DNA of 64,000 nucleotides from Vampirovibrionaceae bacterium NZW_1234 (GTDB lineage Bacteria; Cyanobacteriota; Vampirovibrionia; Vampirovibrionales; JAGQHJ01): NCBI GenBank assembly GCA_041697335.1, contig JBGUGD010000007.1, positions 32,001 to 96,000 of the forward strand, read 5' to 3'. Shown piece by piece: positions 58,619 to 64,000 of this stretch (position 1 is its first letter; each line of letters starts with the position of its first letter). The notes under the pieces were generated by a model. It saw only the letters and a program-made list of their open reading frames with translations, ran no database searches and was not told where the DNA came from. The position numbers and the translations under genes were made by a program.

Positions 58619-59227
58619 ATGTCTTTCCCTCCTGTATCCTATACCCCGGTTCTCCCTCCTGTACGTTTTAAAGCCGCTCCGTCTCGTCCGACCACAGAGC
58701 TTATTCCCCAACCTCAGCCTCAACAAGCCCTTGGGCGTTTCGATTCTGAAAACCGACCTTTATTAAACCACTGGCTGCAAACCTTAACTCGGGAAGTAAA
58801 AGAATACAAGATCATTCCTGAGTCCTTGTGGAAAGACCCCGAGGTGCCTTTCGGCACCATGGTTAAACGAGTGTTAGCCAATGTCACCCAGCCCGGTAAT
58901 TACAAAAGTTGTGTGATGGTTCAGGTCGATACCCATCAAGACGGCTCGAAGTCATTTGTGATCACTGATCCTGGCATGTATACCAAGCATGTTTATCTCG
59001 CCGATCAGTACCGTCAGCATATTCGTTTTGACGCTCCGAAGAACAAACCTCCTCAAGCAATCGTGTTTCGCCAGGCTTGGTCCGGATCCACCTATGGTGT
59101 CAAAAAAGAATCTATTTTTGCGGATAAAGCAACCATGAAGCAAGTGGCGACCTTGGCCCGCCAACTCGAAGATCTGATTGAGCCGCCGACACGCTGGCAG
59201 CGTTTTACGCGCCTGTTTGGTTTCTAG
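58619..59227 (+). CDS. Hypothetical protein (Pro-rich leader ending RFKA)
   Basis: GGAG RBS, ATG 58619; no family recognised. Confidence 0.7.
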   Translation: MSFPPVSYTPVLPPVRFKAAPSRPTTELIPQPQPQQALGRFDSENRPLLNHWLQTLTREVKEYKIIPESLWKDPEVPFGTMVKRVLANVTQPGNYKSCVMVQVDTHQDGSKSFVITDPGMYTKHVYLADQYRQHIRFDAPKNKPPQAIVFRQAWSGSTYGVKKESIFADKATMKQVATLARQLEDLIEPPTRWQRFTRLFGF

Positions 59228-59253
59228 TCCTTTTTCGAAAAACAGAGAACCCT

Positions 59254-59287
59254 AAGGGAAGGCCTCTGTAATGTGAGGGCTTTTCTT
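59254..59287 (+). terminator. Possible intrinsic terminator
   Basis: Imperfect stem AAGGGAAGGCCTC / GAGGGCTTTTCTT with T-rich tail after the stop at 59227. Confidence 0.4.
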
Positions 59288-59439
59288 GTTGGTGGCTTTG
59301 CAAACCCGGCAATCGTGACAGGGTATTGAGGAACACGAGATCGCGAGAGGGTTTAGAAACATCTTGAAATGGGAATAATAGCAAAAAACCACTTTAAAAA
59401 CCGAATATTCTCTTAGAAAGGCTCTTTGGCCTATCTGGA

Positions 59440-59645
59440 GGTCGACTGAAATTCGACAAAACGCGTCGAAACGCGGTAAATGAACTTTCGGGGGAGGTTC
59501 TTTAATCGGTAAAACATAGTCAGGGAAAGGGTTTTTTGGGTTTTGTGCCCTCGGAATCAACGCGAAATCGACGCGACACTAACGTGAAATTGACGGCGGA
59601 TTGTCGATCCTGCGTCGACATTTTGTCGACAAAATGTCGGACGAC
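59440..59645. promoter_or_regulatory. Putative operator array upstream of cydAB
   Basis: 24-bp perfect palindrome CGACATTTTGTCGACAAAATGTCG (59616-59639); direct repeat AACGYGAAATYGACG at 59559 and 59581; TTCGAC-N7-GTCGAA near 59452. Confidence 0.55.
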
Positions 59646-59754
59646 ACAACCTGGTCATGTTCTTATCGCCTCATCACCCGCCTGGACAGTAGGCGCCGAC
59701 CACGCCCCCATGATACAACTCGAGGGTTAGCTTTGGTCGAGATGCCCCTGAACG

Positions 59755-61185
59755 ATGGCTATGGATCCTGTTACCCTCTCCCGAGTCCAGTTTGCATGGA
59801 CCATTATGTTTCATTATCTCTTTCCACCCCTTAGCATTGGTTTGGGCGGATTACTGGTGTTGATGGAGGGGATGTATCTTAAGACGAAGAACCCCCTGTA
59901 TGAAGCGATGACCAAATTCTGGGTAAAGGTTTTTGCCCTGAACTTTTCCATGGGGGTGGCAACCGGCATTGTCATGGAATTTCAGTTTGGGACGAATTGG
60001 GCAACCTACTCCCGGTTTGTGGGCGATGTCTTTGGCGCTGCTCTGGCGTCCGAGGGAATTTTTGCCTTCTTCTTGGAATCCGGCTTTTTAGCGGTTCTTT
60101 TGTTTGGCTGGAATAGGGTCTCTCCCAAGGTGCATTTCTTCGCAACCTGTATGGTGGCTTTTGGGGCCACGTTCAGTGCATTCTGGATTAACGTGGCCAA
60201 TAGCTGGCAACAGATTCCCGTGGGGCATCGCATTGTGGCGCACGCCGGAGAACTCCGGGCGGAAGTGGCCGACTTCTGGGCCGTCATATTGGGGCCAAGT
60301 ACCCTGGAGCGCTTCACTCATGCTGTTTTAGGCGGGTGGATTCAGGCCTCTTTCTTTGTCATGAGTATTGCCGCCTTCTACCTGTTAAAGCAGCGCCATC
60401 TGGATTTCGCGCGCCGGTCCTTTGTCATTGCACTAATTACGGCTGCTTTGGTGACGCCATTACAGGCCATGGTGGGGTCGCGTCAGGGGGAAATCGTGGG
60501 TGAGTATCAACCGGCAAAGTTAGCCGCGTTTGAGGCGCATTATCACACATCCCGACAAGCGCCGCTCTGGCTCATCGGCTTTCCGGATGAGGCTCACGAT
60601 ACGGTTCGGTTCGGAGTGCCTATTCCAGGACTGGTCAGCTTTTTATCAAAGGGGGATTTTAACGCCGAGGTCAAAGGATTATTGGACTTTCCAAAACAGG
60701 ATCGCCCGCCTGTGGCCGTACCGTTTTATTCCTTTCGCCTGATGGTGGGGATTGGGATGTACCTGATTGCCTTAAGCTGGCTTGGGCTTTACTTGTTCTG
60801 GAGAAAGACGCTTTTTCAAAAACGCTGGCTCTTGTGGGTTTTTGTTTTCTCGGTGCTGGGGCCCTATATTGCGAATCAGGCCGGCTGGGTGGCCGCTGAA
60901 GTCGGACGACAGCCCTGGATTGTCTATGGTATTCTCCGCACCCAGGAGGCTGCATCCAAAGTTGTTGTGGCTCAGGACATTTTGTGGTCTATCGCAATGT
61001 TTACAGCGATCTATGGGCTGCTGTTCCTGATTTTTCTGTACAGCTTGAATCGCAAGATTCAACATGGCCCCGACCCTGTTGCCGAGAGCCCACAGGCGCA
61101 TCATCGGCCCGTTCAGGAGTGGATGGAGTTGACGGGTGAGCGCAATGACCCGGCCGATAAAACAGATTGGGTGGATGAGGGCTAG
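59755..61185 (+). CDS. cydA: Cytochrome bd ubiquinol oxidase subunit I
   Basis: SRVQFA, FHYLF, MEFQFGTNW, FFLES, QPAKLAAFE, GWVAAEVGRQPW. Confidence 0.96.
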   Translation: MAMDPVTLSRVQFAWTIMFHYLFPPLSIGLGGLLVLMEGMYLKTKNPLYEAMTKFWVKVFALNFSMGVATGIVMEFQFGTNWATYSRFVGDVFGAALASEGIFAFFLESGFLAVLLFGWNRVSPKVHFFATCMVAFGATFSAFWINVANSWQQIPVGHRIVAHAGELRAEVADFWAVILGPSTLERFTHAVLGGWIQASFFVMSIAAFYLLKQRHLDFARRSFVIALITAALVTPLQAMVGSRQGEIVGEYQPAKLAAFEAHYHTSRQAPLWLIGFPDEAHDTVRFGVPIPGLVSFLSKGDFNAEVKGLLDFPKQDRPPVAVPFYSFRLMVGIGMYLIALSWLGLYLFWRKTLFQKRWLLWVFVFSVLGPYIANQAGWVAAEVGRQPWIVYGILRTQEAASKVVVAQDILWSIAMFTAIYGLLFLIFLYSLNRKIQHGPDPVAESPQAHHRPVQEWMELTGERNDPADKTDWVDEG

Positions 61186-61191
61186 AGAGCT

Positions 61192-62211
61192 ATGGACATT
61201 AACGTTATTTGGTTTTTGTTGGTGGGCATCCTGTTAACCGGTTATGCGGTTCTGGATGGCTTTGATCTGGGTGTGGGCGTCCTGCATTTGTTTATCCGCA
61301 ATGACGAATACCGACGGGTTTTTCTCAACGCCATTGGTCCGGTTTGGGATGGCAATGAAGTCTGGCTGGTTACAGGTGGTGGCGCCCTTTTTGCGGCCTT
61401 CCCGACGGTGTATGCTTCGGCTTTCTCCGGGTTTTATATGGCGTTTATGCTTCTCTTGGCCGCACTTATTTTTCGGGCCGTCGCTATTGAATTTCGGAGT
61501 AAAGAGCCTTGGGCCTGGTGGCGAAACCTGTGGGATGCTGTTTTTGCTCTGGGAAGTATTGTATCTACCGTGTTGTTTGGCATTGCGCTGGGCAACATTA
61601 TTGCCGGTTTGCCCATTGGTGAGGACACCTATTTCACCCAAACCGGTCTGTTGGGATTATTGGCGCCTTACCCTGTCCTGGTGGGATTATTTGTCCTGAG
61701 CTTGTTTACGTTGCATGGCGCGATTTATTTGAATCTTAAAACCGAAGGGGAACTTCAGGATCAGATTCGTCTTTGGGTCCTTCGGGGGTTTGGCTTTTTT
61801 AATGTTCTCTATATGATGACAACGGTTGCCACCATTGTCTGGTATCCGCATATGATTGACAATTTTAGCCGTTACCCGTGGGCATGGGTTATTGCTGGGC
61901 TCACGATGCTGGCCATTGCCAATATTCCTCGGACCATGCATAAAGGCCTCGAGTATCAGGCGTTATTTACCTCCGGTGCTGTTATCAGCGGAACCTTTGC
62001 CTTGTTTGGTCTCGGTTTGTTTCCTGATCTGCTTCCCTCACGACTGAACCCGGATTGGAGCCTGACTATTTATAATGCGGCATCGTCACCACAAACCTTG
62101 CACATTATGCTCATTATCGCTCTGATTGGGATGCCTTTCGTCCTGGCCTATACTGTCAGTATTTACTGGATGTTTCGAGGCAAGGTTAAAGTGGATAAGT
62201 TCAGCTATTGA
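61192..62211 (+). CDS. cydB: Cytochrome bd ubiquinol oxidase subunit II
   Basis: LDGFDLGVG, IGPVWDGNEVWL, FRAVAIEFR, LTIYNAASS, FRGKV. Confidence 0.96.
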   Translation: MDINVIWFLLVGILLTGYAVLDGFDLGVGVLHLFIRNDEYRRVFLNAIGPVWDGNEVWLVTGGGALFAAFPTVYASAFSGFYMAFMLLLAALIFRAVAIEFRSKEPWAWWRNLWDAVFALGSIVSTVLFGIALGNIIAGLPIGEDTYFTQTGLLGLLAPYPVLVGLFVLSLFTLHGAIYLNLKTEGELQDQIRLWVLRGFGFFNVLYMMTTVATIVWYPHMIDNFSRYPWAWVIAGLTMLAIANIPRTMHKGLEYQALFTSGAVISGTFALFGLGLFPDLLPSRLNPDWSLTIYNAASSPQTLHIMLIIALIGMPFVLAYTVSIYWMFRGKVKVDKFSY

Positions 62212-62217
62212 GGCTGT

Positions 62218-64000
62218 TTACATCCGTCCTGCCAATGCTGGCATCTTGAGCGACGCTTCCGATAAATAGCGCTCCAAGGCATGCTCCAGTGCAGGTAATA
62301 AGATGCCGCGCTCGGATCCCAGTACACTGTAGCCGGGGCGAATTGCGGCCATAGAAATCTCTTGTGCTGTGCAAGGACGAATATAGCGTGTTTCCAGTCC
62401 ATGAGCTTTGGCGGCCATGGTGGCAAAGTCGGCCCAGGAAAGTTCGCTGGGGTTACTCAGATGCCACAGCCCCGATTCGCCATCAATGAGGAGATCCAAC
62501 GAGGCATTCACCAAGTCGGGTACATAGGTGGGTGAAACGATCATGTCGCTTGGGACATCCAGCATCCGCTGCAACATTACTTCTTGCAGTGACTTTGTGA
62601 CGAAGTTGTATTCATCCCAAGGGCCAAAGAAGGCACTGGTACGAATGACCAGGGATTTTTCGCTAATCGCCAGTACCCGATTTTCTGCTTCGACCTTGGT
62701 TTGACCATACACATTTAAGGGGCTTACCGGGTCGCTCTCGATATACGGTTTCAGCGATTCGCCATTAAAGACCAGATCCGACGAGAAGGTCACGAGCGGG
62801 ATACCCATTTCCTGACAAACCGAGGCCAGGTTAGCCGGACCCACCACGTTGGAAAGCCAGCAGATATGGGCATCGGATTCGGCATCATCCACCCGGACAT
62901 ACCCGGCGGCATTCACAACAGCCCACGGATTCAGTTGCCTCAAGGTCTCCTCGACTGAAGCAAAATGGTGAATGTCCATATCCCGACGACTTAAAAGATA
63001 ATAGGGAATTCCCCGAATGTCACAAATTCGAGCAAAGGCTTTGCCCAGGGTTCCGTTGGCACCAACAATGACTAGGGGCTGAATATGTTGGCACCGTTGG
63101 GTCACCTCGCAATTCTCCGTGCCCACAAGACCGAAATTACAGACCGAGGCTTTCGGGTAGTGCAAGCGATCGCTTCTGCGCCACCAGCCTTCGATGTCCA
63201 GGATCGGGTGATGATAGGGCTTTCCTGTGGCAAAATGCGTGATCATTTTTGTAAGTGCAGTAGGACGTGGGCTATCGCCTCGAAGATCATAGGCCCCCGA
63301 TTCATAGAAGCCGTTATCCTGGGTGACCAGACTGTTCCAGTCAAACGCTCCCAAGAGAGACCAGACCGTCACAGCACGAACATCAACCCCTTCGGCTCGT
63401 AATTTTTCAGCTGCACCCCAAATTTCCCAGAGCCATCGCATCTGCTCATCTCTCGTACAGCCGAGATGGGCCTCCGTTACTGCGACAGGAAGCCCATAGC
63501 GATCGAACGCTTCTCTTAACAATGTCTGGTGCCCGGCATAGTCTTCCGGATGGACACGAACCGCTTCAACGTCGGCGTAGGCATCTTTGCCGTTTCCGCC
63601 ATGAAAATGGGACGGATAGCACTCCAAATTTTCATCCAGGAACCGATCACTGGTGAGATAGTGATTAATGCCGAGAATATCAGGTGGGCAGGGATTTTCC
63701 TCAAACCAGGCCAGTTCAGTTGGGTTAATACCGGCATGGATAAAGTAATCCCACAACCGATGCTGTGAATTGATGCGTCCACAGAGGAGGTCAAAAGACA
63801 GCCAACGACGCTCGTTTTCCAACTCGGCCTGATAGGCAAGTTTCGGCGTACTATAGATCTTCCCCAAGTCTTCCGTTTGAATCAATTGGGCCTCAGGATT
63901 AATTTGCCGAATCCGCTTCATCGCGAGAATCGTGCCCTTGCACTCATGCATCAACGCGAGCAGGAATGTTTTGTCATCTTGGCCATGGGGGTACCAATGC
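62218..64000 (-). CDS. GH1-like glycoside hydrolase fused to dTDP-4-dehydrorhamnose reductase (RmlD-like), 5' truncated
   Basis: Frame open to the window edge (HWYPHG...). GH1-like GINHY, VTEAH, WSLLGAFDW; then GANGTLG, NAAGYVRVD, SSDLVF, YGQTK, SPTYVPDL. Confidence 0.9.
   Translation of the reverse strand, partial: HWYPHGQDDKTFLLALMHECKGTILAMKRIRQINPEAQLIQTEDLGKIYSTPKLAYQAELENERRWLSFDLLCGRINSQHRLWDYFIHAGINPTELAWFEENPCPPDILGINHYLTSDRFLDENLECYPSHFHGGNGKDAYADVEAVRVHPEDYAGHQTLLREAFDRYGLPVAVTEAHLGCTRDEQMRWLWEIWGAAEKLRAEGVDVRAVTVWSLLGAFDWNSLVTQDNGFYESGAYDLRGDSPRPTALTKMITHFATGKPYHHPILDIEGWWRRSDRLHYPKASVCNFGLVGTENCEVTQRCQHIQPLVIVGANGTLGKAFARICDIRGIPYYLLSRRDMDIHHFASVEETLRQLNPWAVVNAAGYVRVDDAESDAHICWLSNVVGPANLASVCQEMGIPLVTFSSDLVFNGESLKPYIESDPVSPLNVYGQTKVEAENRVLAISEKSLVIRTSAFFGPWDEYNFVTKSLQEVMLQRMLDVPSDMIVSPTYVPDLVNASLDLLIDGESGLWHLSNPSELSWADFATMAAKAHGLETRYIRPCTAQEISMAAIRPGYSVLGSERGILLPALEHALERYLSEASLKMPALAGRM

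Noticed and set aside
59550..59645. Mini CRISPR array
   Set aside because: Only two 15-bp imperfect repeats 22 bp apart, no spacer-length gaps and no cas genes.
123..63839. Many short 60-180 aa alternative-frame ORFs nested in longer genes
   Set aside because: They overlap well-supported CDSs and lack motifs or RBS; regarded as chance frames.

Overview
Gene-dense bacterial chromosomal window with no rRNA, tRNA, CRISPR array or intact mobile element that I can see. It holds (i) two orphan multi-PAS histidine kinases, one of which is the C-terminal part of a phytochrome; (ii) general-stress and redox genes (USP, two Zn-dependent dehydrogenases, ThDP enzyme, SRPBCC, DUF4142, flavoprotein disulfide reductase, cydAB, GH1-RmlD fusion); (iii) ppsA, a GT9/CapK-like/SpeD group, an AttEFGH-like ABC-lipocalin operon, and a full molybdenum-cofactor operon with an unusual MoaE-MoeB-rhodanese fusion; and (iv) several solitary, effector-like genes. 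The most striking of these is a 2821-aa polymorphic-toxin-like protein with a membrane segment, an HExxH zincin domain, a degenerate second copy and an Ntox21-like C-terminal nuclease, but no adjacent immunity gene. A coiled-coil protein with a caspase-like His/Cys domain is also present. At least seven unrelated proteins share a low-complexity N-terminal leader ending in [RKQ]-F-x-[GSA], which may be an undescribed export signal. Two broken genes are missed or split by the ORF track: a NodT/TolC fragment and a GH1-like gene split by one TAG. The overall style suggests a non-photosynthetic Vampirovibrionia/Melainabacteria-like organism (inference, untested). All family calls come from motif recognition by eye; no searches were run.
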